Below are positions 10,220 through 19,613 of a stretch of DNA of 64,000 bases, in pieces. Every line of letters starts with the position of its first letter. Position 1 is the first letter of the stretch. Source of the DNA: Candidatus Saccharimonadota bacterium. Lineage in GTDB: Bacteria > Patescibacteriota > Saccharimonadia > Saccharimonadales > DTSZ01. The notes under the pieces were generated by a model, which was given only the letters and a program-made list of their open reading frames with translations, was not told where the DNA came from and ran no database searches. Where the stretch lies: the NCBI GenBank assembly GCA_012965045.1, contig DTSZ01000001.1:92937-156936 (forward strand), read 5' to 3'. A program made the translations under genes and the position numbers.

Positions 10220-13200
10220 ATGTCTGATAATTTTACAAATCGGTACAATGGTTTAAACGCCAAGCAAAAGGAGGCTGTAGATTATATCGACGGCGCTCTG
10301 ATGGTATTAGCTGGTCCTGGCACGGGCAAGACAGAGCTTCTATCAATGAGGGCTGCAAACATTCTACAAACAACCGATACGCATCCAAGCTCTATCTTAT
10401 GTCTAACTTTTACTGACAAAGCATCGCTTAATATGCAGCAGCGGCTACAGGAAATCATTGGTTTTACAGCCCGTAATATTCAAGTGCGAACATTTCATAG
10501 TTTTAGCGCAGACGTGATTAACCAAAACCCAGAATATTTTTTTAATCATGCACTCGTCGAACCCGCCGATGACGTGATTCAACTACAAATTATTAATAAT
10601 ATTTTAGAAGAGCTACCATTTCAGAGTCGCCTTACGTCTAAATATGGCGGTAAGTTTACGCAAATTAAGCGAATTATCAGATCAATTGATCAAGCTAAAA
10701 AGGCTGGGCTCACCCCTGAGAAACTACGGTCGGTGGCTGCTCTGAACATTGCGTATATTGACTCTATCAGCGACAGGTTCGATCAAGTTTTTTCTAAGCG
10801 ATTTAATAAGAATACAGCCAATGAGATTCATCAATTTCTAGATGAAATACCGACACTTGAAACAAAAACTCATCCTATTCGCGGCTACGACGAAGTGCTT
10901 CACTCTTCGTTAGCTGCAGTTCTGGTAGAAGCAGATGAAAACAACACAACAAAACCACTTAGTGCGTGGAAGAGTGCTCATAGCCAGGTTGTTGACGGTA
11001 AGCGTGTGCTAAAAGACGTAAAACGAAGCCTGTGGTGGTTAGAGCTAGCTGATGTATACCAGCAGTACCAATCAGCACTTGAAGAGCAAGGGTATTATGA
11101 TTTTTCGGACATGGTTTTAAGTGTTATTACTGAGCTTGAGCAAAATGAGACGCTTCGACACGCAGTTGCAGAGCAATTTAATTATGTAATGGTTGATGAA
11201 TTTCAAGATACAAATGATGCTCAGATGAGGCTTGTGAACCTTATTGTAGAGCTGCAAGCCAATAACCCCAACATAATGGTGGTAGGAGACGACGACCAGG
11301 CGATATATAGGTTTCAGGGGGCAGAAATATCGAATGCTCAGAACTTCCTTGATACCTTTACTCATACGAAGATTATCTCGCTGACTGAAAATTATCGCTC
11401 TAGTAGTAAATTAATTAATTCCAGTCAGACTATCGCAAGCAAAATACTGCATCGACTATCGGCCCAACTTGATATACCTAAAAAAATCGAAGCAAAATTC
11501 AATACTACTACCGATAAAGTCGAACACAAAAGTTATTCAACGCTCGATGTTTCTTACGTTTCTATTGCACAATCAATCGAGCACGACTACAAAGCAGGCT
11601 TGTCGGTGGCTGTTTTAGCGCGCAATCATTCCAGCCTTGCCAAGATAGCTGCCGTGCTTGATGAATGCAATGTGCCACTGCAGTATGACAGGCAGAGCAA
11701 TGTGTTCGAGCTGCCTGGCATTCAGCTCCTTATAAATGTGTTAAAGACTGTTGCATCAATACAAAAAGGCGATATACAACAGTCTACCTATTTACTGCGT
11801 ACCATTTTGCCGAGCGATGTTGTAGGTTTAGATTCTAAGTTTTTATGGTCTTTTAGTATACGTAATCGATATGAAGACTGGGTGAGCGCTGCTCTTGCTA
11901 GTGAAAATGAGGACCTGTTGTCTTTTGTAGAGTGGTTGGTTGAGTTAGCAAAATTAGAAAGAAATACCTCGATTTCAATTTTGCTGGAATATATTTTAGG
12001 CTTGAAGCCCCTTGGTAGCTACGTTTCGCCACTGAAAAAACTTGTTGATTCTGCCGAAGATTTTGAAGCGATGCAATTACTGTCCGGTGTACAAAAACTA
12101 AGGTCTCTCGCGAGTAGCAGCTTAAAATCTAGCAGCAATAATCTGCAGTCATTTGTTGAGCTTTTACGGTCCTATGAAGATTTAGATCTTCAAATTTCAA
12201 ATGAACTAACTTTTTTAAATGGTGATTCATTTGTGAACCTAATGACTGTTCATAAATCTAAAGGGCTGGAGTTCGATAGTGTATTTGTGTTGGACGCTGT
12301 AGATTCTATTTGGAGTCCATCACGGTCTCGAAACAAAACACCAATTAATTTAGAAATGATGCAAGAGTACGGCGAGGATCCTGACGATTATGCTCGCTTA
12401 TTGTACGTTGCAGCAACACGGGCAAAGTCCAGATTAGTATTTGTTAGCTATAAAACCGATGCTGCAGGCAAAGCTCAATTACCAAGCCCACTTCTTGCCG
12501 ACATACCCCCAACAGATATAACTAGTACTAAGCAGGTACTTCACCAGTCCTTGCTACGAGCTAATACATGGCCACGACTCAACCATACTGACGAGAAGCT
12601 CCTACTTAAGCCCCTTCTTACCAACTATGAGCTTTCGGTGACTCATCTTATAAATTTTTTGGATATCGAAAATGGAGGGCCGCAGCTGTTCATTGAACGG
12701 AACCTTTTGCGTCTGCCAGATGTGAAGTCTCCCCACATGGGGTACGGGACGGCAATTCATGCCGCGCTCCGCTTACTGCAATTACAGTTCAATAAGCAGT
12801 CAGTGCAGCTTGATTTAGTGCTTGATGAATTTGATTCTGTACTTGAAACACAACACCTTGAGCAGCCAGCTTTTATAAAATATAGACAAAAGGGTCGTGA
12901 GTTGCTTGAGAAATATGTTAAAAATCCAGATCTGCTTACACTGATTGAAGGCGCACAGCCTGAACGTAGTATAAAAGCCGTAAAAATTGGCGATGCAACT
13001 ATTGGTGGTCAAATCGATAGGCTGGATGAACTACAGTCAGAGCTAGTTGTCGTTGATTATAAGACTGGCTCTCCGTTGGCTCCAGAGCTTGGCGCTAAAA
13101 CAAAAACACACGGTATAAAGGCTTTTAAGCATCGCTTACAACTCATCTTCTATAGCCTGTTACTAGAGGACTACGCAGCTCAGAAACATAAATCAATCAA

Positions 13201-13417
13201 GGGTCGCATGGTATATGTAGAAGCCCAAAGCGATAAAGATTTGGTGCGCGAATACATTCCGAGCCACGTAGAAAAAGATCAGTTAAAGCTGTTAATTGAC
13301 GTAGTGTGGGGCAAGATTCAGGCGTTCGAGTGGCCAGAGGTATCTGGATACGAGGAGTCTTTTGAAGGAATGAAGCAATTCATTACTGATTTAATTGGAG
13401 AAAATCAAATAATATGA
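10220..13417 (+). CDS. UvrD/PcrA-type SF1 helicase fused to a C-terminal PD-(D/E)XK nuclease (AddA/RecB-like)
   Basis: Walker A AGPGTGKT, DEFQDT (motif II), VGDDDQAIYRFQGA, TENYRS, TVHKSKGLEFD and YVAATRAK. The C-terminal nuclease motif is GQIDRLD ... VVVDYKTG. Confidence 0.8.
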   Translation: MSDNFTNRYNGLNAKQKEAVDYIDGALMVLAGPGTGKTELLSMRAANILQTTDTHPSSILCLTFTDKASLNMQQRLQEIIGFTARNIQVRTFHSFSADVINQNPEYFFNHALVEPADDVIQLQIINNILEELPFQSRLTSKYGGKFTQIKRIIRSIDQAKKAGLTPEKLRSVAALNIAYIDSISDRFDQVFSKRFNKNTANEIHQFLDEIPTLETKTHPIRGYDEVLHSSLAAVLVEADENNTTKPLSAWKSAHSQVVDGKRVLKDVKRSLWWLELADVYQQYQSALEEQGYYDFSDMVLSVITELEQNETLRHAVAEQFNYVMVDEFQDTNDAQMRLVNLIVELQANNPNIMVVGDDDQAIYRFQGAEISNAQNFLDTFTHTKIISLTENYRSSSKLINSSQTIASKILHRLSAQLDIPKKIEAKFNTTTDKVEHKSYSTLDVSYVSIAQSIEHDYKAGLSVAVLARNHSSLAKIAAVLDECNVPLQYDRQSNVFELPGIQLLINVLKTVASIQKGDIQQSTYLLRTILPSDVVGLDSKFLWSFSIRNRYEDWVSAALASENEDLLSFVEWLVELAKLERNTSISILLEYILGLKPLGSYVSPLKKLVDSAEDFEAMQLLSGVQKLRSLASSSLKSSSNNLQSFVELLRSYEDLDLQISNELTFLNGDSFVNLMTVHKSKGLEFDSVFVLDAVDSIWSPSRSRNKTPINLEMMQEYGEDPDDYARLLYVAATRAKSRLVFVSYKTDAAGKAQLPSPLLADIPPTDITSTKQVLHQSLLRANTWPRLNHTDEKLLLKPLLTNYELSVTHLINFLDIENGGPQLFIERNLLRLPDVKSPHMGYGTAIHAALRLLQLQFNKQSVQLDLVLDEFDSVLETQHLEQPAFIKYRQKGRELLEKYVKNPDLLTLIEGAQPERSIKAVKIGDATIGGQIDRLDELQSELVVVDYKTGSPLAPELGAKTKTHGIKAFKHRLQLIFYSLLLEDYAAQKHKSIKGRMVYVEAQSDKDLVREYIPSHVEKDQLKLLIDVVWGKIQAFEWPEVSGYEESFEGMKQFITDLIGENQII

Positions 13418-13959
13418 GGTATTTAGAGGTAGATATCGGTGGTACTCCTATGTCAATCAAAGTACTAAAACACCATTGGGCAAAAAAGCTTACTATGAAA
13501 GTGAATAGCTTGGGTGAAGTCACGGTCACAATACCCAAACATTCTTCGTATAATTTGGCAAAAAAATTTGTGGAGACTAATACCCCGTGGCTCCAGGCTC
13601 GAGCAGATGTAATTAGTCGACAAAAAACTAAGCCAACTCAGAACGAACTGCGACAGGCACGCGCTCTTGTCTATGCAAAATTAGATCGTTGGGGGAGTGA
13701 AGTTGGCGTAACTTGGAATAAAGTTTTTATCCGAAACCAATCAACCCGCTGGGGCAGTTGCTCATCTGTTAATAACCTAAGTTTTAACTGGCGAGTACTA
13801 AATTTATCACCCGAATTGCAAGACTACTTAATAGTTCATGAGCTCGCTCATATAAAACAACATAACCACAGTAAGCAGTTTTGGACTGAGGTTGCTCGTG
13901 TCCTGCCAGACTACCGAGAGCGAAAGCGCCAATTGGATGCTATCGATCTAATTCAGTAG
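13414..13959 (+). CDS. DUF45/YgjP-like zinc metallopeptidase-fold protein (HExxH)
   Basis: 181 aa with the HELAH zincin motif in the context YLIVHELAHIKQHNHSKQFW. Its ATG overlaps the helicase stop (ATATGA), implying translational coupling. Confidence 0.7.
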   Translation: MRYLEVDIGGTPMSIKVLKHHWAKKLTMKVNSLGEVTVTIPKHSSYNLAKKFVETNTPWLQARADVISRQKTKPTQNELRQARALVYAKLDRWGSEVGVTWNKVFIRNQSTRWGSCSSVNNLSFNWRVLNLSPELQDYLIVHELAHIKQHNHSKQFWTEVARVLPDYRERKRQLDAIDLIQ

Positions 13960-13978
13960 GAATGCTACGCTAGGTACC

Positions 13979-14977
13979 ATGAATGTAGAGGGTATTAAAT
14001 TAGTTACAATTGGCGGCGGAACCGGTAGCTTTACATTACTTTCAGCCTTACGTAATTATGTTACTAATGTTACAGCTATTGTAAACATGGCGGATGATGG
14101 TGGTTCGACAGGTAAATTACGAGATGAACTTGGAGTGTTGCCTCCAGGCGATGTCCGGCAGTGTCTTGTTGCTCTCGCGGAAGATTCATCAGTAGTTCGT
14201 GAGTTGTTTAATTATAGATTTGGAGAAGGTGATCTTAGCGGGCATAGCTTCGGGAACTTGTTTTTGACTGCGCTTGAAAAAGTTACCGGTGACTTTGCCC
14301 AAGCCGTTGAAACTGCAAGTAAAGTTTTAAATATCAGTGGTCGAGTTCTACCTGTTACTACCGACCCACTTACATTGGTGTATCAAAAGCAAAATGGCGA
14401 CGAAGTACGCGGTGAATTTAAAATTGCCGAATCAGATCTGCAGTCCGAGGGAGTGTTGCCGCAGTTAAAATTAGACCCTTCAGGGGCTATTACGCCCGAA
14501 GCGCGTGCGGCAATAACAACTGCCGATATGGTAGTAATCTGCCCGGGGAATCTTTATGGATCGCTGGCGCCTGCATTACTGGTGGAGGGTGTGGCTGAGG
14601 CTTTGCAAGAAACGAAAGGAACCGTAGTGTATGTAAGTAATTTGGTAACTAAACCCGGGCAGACAACCGGCTTATCTGTTGCCGACCACGCCAGTGAGAT
14701 CGAACGGTTTGTTGGCGATCGAATACTAGATTATGTGCTGTTCAACAACAAGAAACCGAGTGATAGTCTCTTGGCTAAATACGCAAAAAAGAACGAGTAT
14801 GCTTTGGATTTTGATATCGGGCGGCTGAAATCGATGCACTATACAACCAAAGGAGACAATTTTGTAAGCAATGATATGTATTTCCAAGATCCAAATGACA
14901 CCGCTATCCAACGAACACTGATTCGCCATAACGCAGATAAAGTGGCCCGAACCCTGATGAAAATATATTTTAGCTAA
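13979..14977 (+). CDS. YvcK/CofD-family (gluconeogenesis factor-like) protein
   Basis: N-terminal GGGTGSF and the family signature VNMADDGGSTGKLR. Confidence 0.8.
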   Translation: MNVEGIKLVTIGGGTGSFTLLSALRNYVTNVTAIVNMADDGGSTGKLRDELGVLPPGDVRQCLVALAEDSSVVRELFNYRFGEGDLSGHSFGNLFLTALEKVTGDFAQAVETASKVLNISGRVLPVTTDPLTLVYQKQNGDEVRGEFKIAESDLQSEGVLPQLKLDPSGAITPEARAAITTADMVVICPGNLYGSLAPALLVEGVAEALQETKGTVVYVSNLVTKPGQTTGLSVADHASEIERFVGDRILDYVLFNNKKPSDSLLAKYAKKNEYALDFDIGRLKSMHYTTKGDNFVSNDMYFQDPNDTAIQRTLIRHNADKVARTLMKIYFS

Positions 14978-15011
14978 TGCTAATTACGTATATGTTTGGT
15001 ACTGTTTGTGT

Positions 15012-15635
15012 ATGAAGAAATTATATTTTTTAGATTTTGATCGAACACTGTTTAACAATCATGAGTTTTTTCAGGACTTCTCAACTATTTTAGCGGCTTA
15101 TTTTGAAATCAACGGCGACGACTTACACCAAATCGCAAAAAAACATAATCAAATTAGGTCTACAGCCAAAGGCATTTTTAGCGCATTTGACATGATCCGT
15201 GAAGAATATCCACAAATTAATATTGATGATGTAAAACGCATAGCAACGCAAGAGTTGGCTGAACGGACCTATGTTTTTGCAGATGTAGAGAGAACATTAA
15301 AAATTATTGACGCGGCAAATGACGATATTCATATTGTGACAGTCGGGACAGATGAGTATCAGCGCTTTAAGTTTGGCTTTGCGCCAAAGCTAAAATACTA
15401 CCCGCTAACAATCACCCAAGAATCAAAAGGGAAGTGTTTGTTGCAGTTTAAGGATACATTTAATCAGTACGAAAAGGTGGTACTAGTAGACGACCGAGGC
15501 GACACATTTGACGATGAGTTCCGCGAACTTGGTATTGATGGGATTAGACTTAACCGCGTTGATAGTACCTATAGTTCAAAACCGACTCCGCCGGATGTTA
15601 AAGAAATAGCAACGTTAATTGAACTTGTGTCGTGA
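15012..15635 (+). CDS. HAD-superfamily hydrolase-like protein
   Basis: DxDxT motif at the N-terminus (LDFDRTLF) and a late acidic motif (VLVDDRGD). The ORF opens at 15006, and ATG 15012 was preferred. Confidence 0.5.
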   Translation: MKKLYFLDFDRTLFNNHEFFQDFSTILAAYFEINGDDLHQIAKKHNQIRSTAKGIFSAFDMIREEYPQINIDDVKRIATQELAERTYVFADVERTLKIIDAANDDIHIVTVGTDEYQRFKFGFAPKLKYYPLTITQESKGKCLLQFKDTFNQYEKVVLVDDRGDTFDDEFRELGIDGIRLNRVDSTYSSKPTPPDVKEIATLIELVS

Positions 15636-16468
15636 TACGTCCAAGAGTAGCTGTTATAGCTGCTGCTGGCTTTGGTGGTAGGATGATGCCTGTTACAAAA
15701 TCCATAAGTAAAGAAATGCTCCCCGTAGGCAACAGGCCGATAGTTGATTATGCGGTAGAGAACGCGGTTAAAGCGGGGGTTGAAAAGATAATATTTATTA
15801 CCCGCGAGGATGATGATCAGCTGCGGAGCTTTTATTCAAAGCCTAAACAAGCACTTGTAGACGGCCTAGCGTCAATCGGAAAAACGAACATTATCCCTGA
15901 TATTGAGTATTTACACACCCTGGCAGAGTTCGTGTTTGTAGATCAACCGCATGATGGACGGTACGGAACCGGCCTATTGCCGGTCATAGCCCAGCAGGCG
16001 CTAGAATCTGAAGAATTATTTTGGTTGCTGGCAGGTGACAATGCAGCTTTTAGGCCAGACGGCCGAGAGTTGGAATTACTACTCCAAACGCTTAACGAGC
16101 ACGATATGCACAGTGCAATCGCCTGCACCGAGGTTCCTCTACAGAATGTTGGACGGTATGGAGTGATTGAATATCAAGATAGTAACGATCATAAAATATT
16201 TAATCGGATAGTAGAGAAGCCAGCTCCAGACCAAGCACCATCTAATCTCATTAACATTTCAAGCTACTTATTTCATGCAGACATAATTGATATATGTAAA
16301 ACCATAGAGATAACTGACAATGAATATTTGTTAACCGATGCTTTTGAAGAATATTCAAAACGGCACCCGATGCTAACATGGCCGATTACTGGCAGTTTTA
16401 TAGATGTCGGCAACCCAAAAGCATTTGCCGAAGCAAACCAGCTCGTCATTAACACTATTCGTGGCTAA
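15632..16468 (+). CDS. sugar-1-phosphate nucleotidyltransferase (UTP-glucose-1-phosphate uridylyltransferase-like)
   Basis: N-terminal AAGFGGRMMPVTKSISKEMLPV matches the GalU-type GxGTRxxPxTK..KEMLPV signature. The GTG start overlaps the upstream stop (GTGA). Confidence 0.7.
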   Translation: MIRPRVAVIAAAGFGGRMMPVTKSISKEMLPVGNRPIVDYAVENAVKAGVEKIIFITREDDDQLRSFYSKPKQALVDGLASIGKTNIIPDIEYLHTLAEFVFVDQPHDGRYGTGLLPVIAQQALESEELFWLLAGDNAAFRPDGRELELLLQTLNEHDMHSAIACTEVPLQNVGRYGVIEYQDSNDHKIFNRIVEKPAPDQAPSNLINISSYLFHADIIDICKTIEITDNEYLLTDAFEEYSKRHPMLTWPITGSFIDVGNPKAFAEANQLVINTIRG

Positions 16469-16469
16469 C

Positions 16470-17213
16470 ATGGATCTGCTGCCGATTGCTACATGCTTTG
16501 TGGCTTTAGTAGCAAGCATTGGCAGCAGCATAGCGGGTGGAGGCGGTGGCCTACTTATTTCACCGTATATGATCTTAATTGGACTACCACCACAAGTAGC
16601 AGTTGCCACACCTAAACTTGCTGGCCTGGGGCTTGCAATCGGTTCGGTTCAACGGTTCGCCCGTTCCAATGTTATTAACTGGCGAATGGTTGTATGGCTT
16701 GCTCCAATATCAATTGTTGCCGGTATAGTTGGACCCCAGATTTTAGTACAAACTTCACAAAAAGTTGTCGGGTATATCGTAATTGCAGTATCTATTTCAT
16801 TGAGCCTAGCAACTCTTAAAAGTAAGGTCGGGCTCGAAGAAAGACAGCCGTCAAAACGTGGGCGCTTGCTTGGTTACGCGCTGTATAGCCTTATAGCAAT
16901 ACTGCAAGCCGCCTTCGGTTCTGGTATAGGCAGCTTAATAATGTTTGTTTTTATGGGGTTGCTCGGTATGAATGCTTTAGCCGCGAATGCCACTAAGCGA
17001 GTGGTGGGCGTCGGCATCTTAATACCAGCAAGTATTATTTTATTTAGTAATGGCCTCATTGATGTACCGCATGGAATAGCCATGCTGCTGGGCATGTACT
17101 GTGGCGGTTGGATCGGTGCACATATCGCTATCAACAGAGGTAGCCAATTTATAAGAACAGCTTTTATTGCAGTTACTATCGTCACGGCTATAACAGCGGC
17201 TATCAGATTTTAG
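16470..17213 (+). CDS. TauE/SafE-family anion exporter-like membrane protein
   Basis: A multi-TM, Gly-rich hydrophobic protein of about 247 aa. ATG 16470 lies directly after the upstream stop. The ORF-track start at 16404 would overlap the upstream gene. Confidence 0.65.
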   Translation: MDLLPIATCFVALVASIGSSIAGGGGGLLISPYMILIGLPPQVAVATPKLAGLGLAIGSVQRFARSNVINWRMVVWLAPISIVAGIVGPQILVQTSQKVVGYIVIAVSISLSLATLKSKVGLEERQPSKRGRLLGYALYSLIAILQAAFGSGIGSLIMFVFMGLLGMNALAANATKRVVGVGILIPASIILFSNGLIDVPHGIAMLLGMYCGGWIGAHIAINRGSQFIRTAFIAVTIVTAITAAIRF

Positions 17214-17255
17214 TTTTACACAATGCTGTGGAAAATAGGGTAATATACCAAAAAA

Positions 17256-17290
17256 GTGGGTATAAGTGGGTTGCAGTGGGTAATTGTGGG
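17256..17290 (+). promoter_or_regulatory. putative MraZ operator: four direct GTGGG repeats with exact 10-bp phasing
   Basis: GTGGG occurs at 17256, 17266, 17276 and 17286, with a weaker AGTGGA at 17305. The repeats start about 10 nt downstream of a TAATAT -10-like box (17241..17246) and lie about 90-125 nt upstream of mraZ. Confidence 0.7.
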
Positions 17291-17380
17291 TGGTAAAGTA
17301 ATGTCAGTGGAACAAAAAGCCCAAAAGCAGGGTAAAAAACAAAAATAAAAAAACCACTACATTAACAACAAAATAGGTAC

Positions 17381-17761
17381 ATGACTTCTATAGATTTTTT
17401 TGAACGCCGCTTAGACGACAAAAATCGGCTGACAATACCAGCCGAAGTTCGAAGCGAGTTCGATAACGGAGAAGTAGTACTCACACGAGGTTTTGGACCG
17501 TATCTGCATATGTACACACTCCAAGTATGGAATGAGCAGGTAGAACCAGAACTTAAAGGAGCAATCTTGGACGAAAAGATAGCTGATTTAAACGTAATAT
17601 TTCGCAGAGGAAAAGTAGTAACTACTATGGACTCTAAGCAAGGCAGAATTACGCTTGATCAAAGTCTTATCGATTTCGCCACTATTACTCGAGATGTTGT
17701 TGCCGTTAGAGCAGGAAACTACTGGAGATTAATGTCTCCCGCCGTTGCCGACGCAGTCTAA
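17381..17761 (+). CDS. mraZ: transcriptional regulator MraZ
   Basis: 126 aa with two SpoVT/AbrB-like halves, each carrying a DxxxR motif (DDKNRLTIP, DSKQGRITL). It is the first gene of the dcw cluster. Confidence 0.9.
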   Translation: MTSIDFFERRLDDKNRLTIPAEVRSEFDNGEVVLTRGFGPYLHMYTLQVWNEQVEPELKGAILDEKIADLNVIFRRGKVVTTMDSKQGRITLDQSLIDFATITRDVVAVRAGNYWRLMSPAVADAV

Positions 17762-18156
17762 ACACTTGTTTAGGTTAATGTTTTAGTACTTTAACAATCT
17801 AAGATTACGAGCAAATAACCAAAACCAATGGTTTGCCACAAACAATAGAAGTTTATCTATCTGGCAGCCAGCAAGTGGATTGAAGTAACCACTTTATAAA
17901 AACTTTTGCACCTTTTAAAAAATTTGGAAACACCTCCCAAACTCCACCTCACACATAAGTCTCTCAATCGCAAGTTCAAGCTTCTATTATAGAAGATACA
18001 TCCACTTGCGACTCATCATTTAGGATTCGTCCCGAATGATAAACAAAAACAAAAACATACGTACAAAACAAAACGCTGACTGCTGGTTAGATGAACTTTT
18101 TTTCATCGATTCTCTACAACTTATATTCTGCCAAAATTCTGGGCAGGGTCTAAGTT

Positions 18157-19065
18157 GTGGAGACACATCACAATCCACACACACCGGTTTTATGTAAGCA
18201 GGTAGTAACGCTACTAGAACCGCAAAAAGAACAAAGTTATCTTGACTTGACTGCCGGATATGGCGGTCATGCTAGTGAAATTCTTGATTCAACATGGGCA
18301 TGGAATCAAACAACACTAGTTGATCGAGACGCACAAGCCATAAAACACTTAGAAAACCGTTTTTATGAGCATAAGGACCTGTTGCGATTTGTTCACGCGG
18401 ATATGGTAACAGCACTACAGGCATTAATTGACGAATCTCGTCAGTTTGATATGATCTTGGCCGATTTGGGCATCTCTTCGGTTCATGTTGATCAAGCAGA
18501 CAGAGGCTTTAGCTTTATGCGAAACGGCCCGCTTGATATGCGCATGGACCCTCGCCAGGATCTAACAGCTGCAATCGTTGTCAATACATGGAGCGAGGTC
18601 GATTTACTACAAATTTTGCGCGAATATGGCGAAGAACGCCAAGCAAAACGAATAGTCCAGGCCATAATGGCACATCGACCTATCCGTACTACAGAAGAAC
18701 TGGCTGATGTTGTCTCCACGGTGGTACACCGCAAAGGGAAGAAACACCCAGCAACACGTACGTTCCAAGCACTGCGAATAGCCGTCAACGACGAAGTCGG
18801 ACAGCTAAAAACAATGCTACAACTCGTGCCAAAGGTCGTAAGTCCCGGTGGTAGAGTCGCAATTATAAGCTTCCATAGCTTAGAGGACCGCTTAGTAAAA
18901 CAAGCATTTAAAGACCTCACAAGCCTTGGTATTGAAAGCGATTTTACATTACTAACCACCAAGCCGGTAACGGCAACCGAAGATGATATAAATCCGCGTG
19001 CCCGTAGCGCAAAGCTGCGAGCCGTTGCAAAAATAAAACAAACAGGCGACAAAAAACCAAAATAG
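18157..19065 (+). CDS. rsmH: 16S rRNA (cytosine1402-N4)-methyltransferase
   Basis: GTG start. Motifs: HTPVL, DLTAGYGGH, DLGISS.Q.D...RGFSF, GPLDMRM, ISFHSLEDR.VK. Confidence 0.9.
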   Translation: METHHNPHTPVLCKQVVTLLEPQKEQSYLDLTAGYGGHASEILDSTWAWNQTTLVDRDAQAIKHLENRFYEHKDLLRFVHADMVTALQALIDESRQFDMILADLGISSVHVDQADRGFSFMRNGPLDMRMDPRQDLTAAIVVNTWSEVDLLQILREYGEERQAKRIVQAIMAHRPIRTTEELADVVSTVVHRKGKKHPATRTFQALRIAVNDEVGQLKTMLQLVPKVVSPGGRVAIISFHSLEDRLVKQAFKDLTSLGIESDFTLLTTKPVTATEDDINPRARSAKLRAVAKIKQTGDKKPK

Positions 19066-19249
19066 TTTTATCGCCGAGAAAGGACACCTTACTATGCCTA
19101 TCAAGGTACAAGGTCAATCCCACGCTTACAAAGTACTCGTAAAAGTACAGTAGGTAATAAATAGCCACGATTAATCGGTGCGTTAGCATGTACTCACGTG
19201 CGTGCTAGCCGCTGGCGTGGCCAAAAATAAAAAGAAAGAACATTAATAT

Positions 19250-19594
19250 ATGACACATTCCGCACGAGTTTCAGCCGGTTCGACCCGAAGAGTTAGTCGA
19301 AATCGCAATGCTGTCAGCCATCGAAGTAGTGTTTCCTTGGGTCCTATTTCTAATATGCTGATTGTAGGACTTATCCTTACTGCAATGGGGCTTTTGTACT
19401 TAGTTCAAATTACAAAGACCTCAGTGTATGGTTTTGAAGTTAACGAACTTAAAGAAACCCAAACAGAGCTAACTCAAGAGAACCAGAGTTTACGTGTTGA
19501 AGCAGCTCGGTTACAATCACTGCAGCGAATAAGCGACAGCGATTTGGTCCAAGAATTCCAACCAACTGAAGAACTTAGCTTTCTTCCTCGCTAG
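19250..19594 (+). CDS. FtsL/DivIC-like cell-division protein
   Basis: 114 aa with a basic N-terminus, a single TM (ISNMLIVGLILTAMGLLYLV), and then a coiled-coil (NELKETQTELTQENQSLRVEAARLQSL). It sits between rsmH and the PBP gene. Confidence 0.55.
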   Translation: MTHSARVSAGSTRRVSRNRNAVSHRSSVSLGPISNMLIVGLILTAMGLLYLVQITKTSVYGFEVNELKETQTELTQENQSLRVEAARLQSLQRISDSDLVQEFQPTEELSFLPR

Positions 19595-19613
19595 TATTTA
19601 AAAACGTACAATT

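Noticed and set aside
18492-19052. Long antisense ORFs inside conserved genes. Examples are 18492..19052 (186 aa, opposite rsmH), 41080..41679 and 41716..42147 (opposite the kinase), 36831..37295 (opposite der), 48680..49357 (opposite rarA), 52417..52836 (opposite the ATPase) and 29212..29595.
   Set aside because: In each case the opposite strand encodes a protein with unmistakable family motifs along its full length. The antisense products are S/A/R-rich with no motifs.
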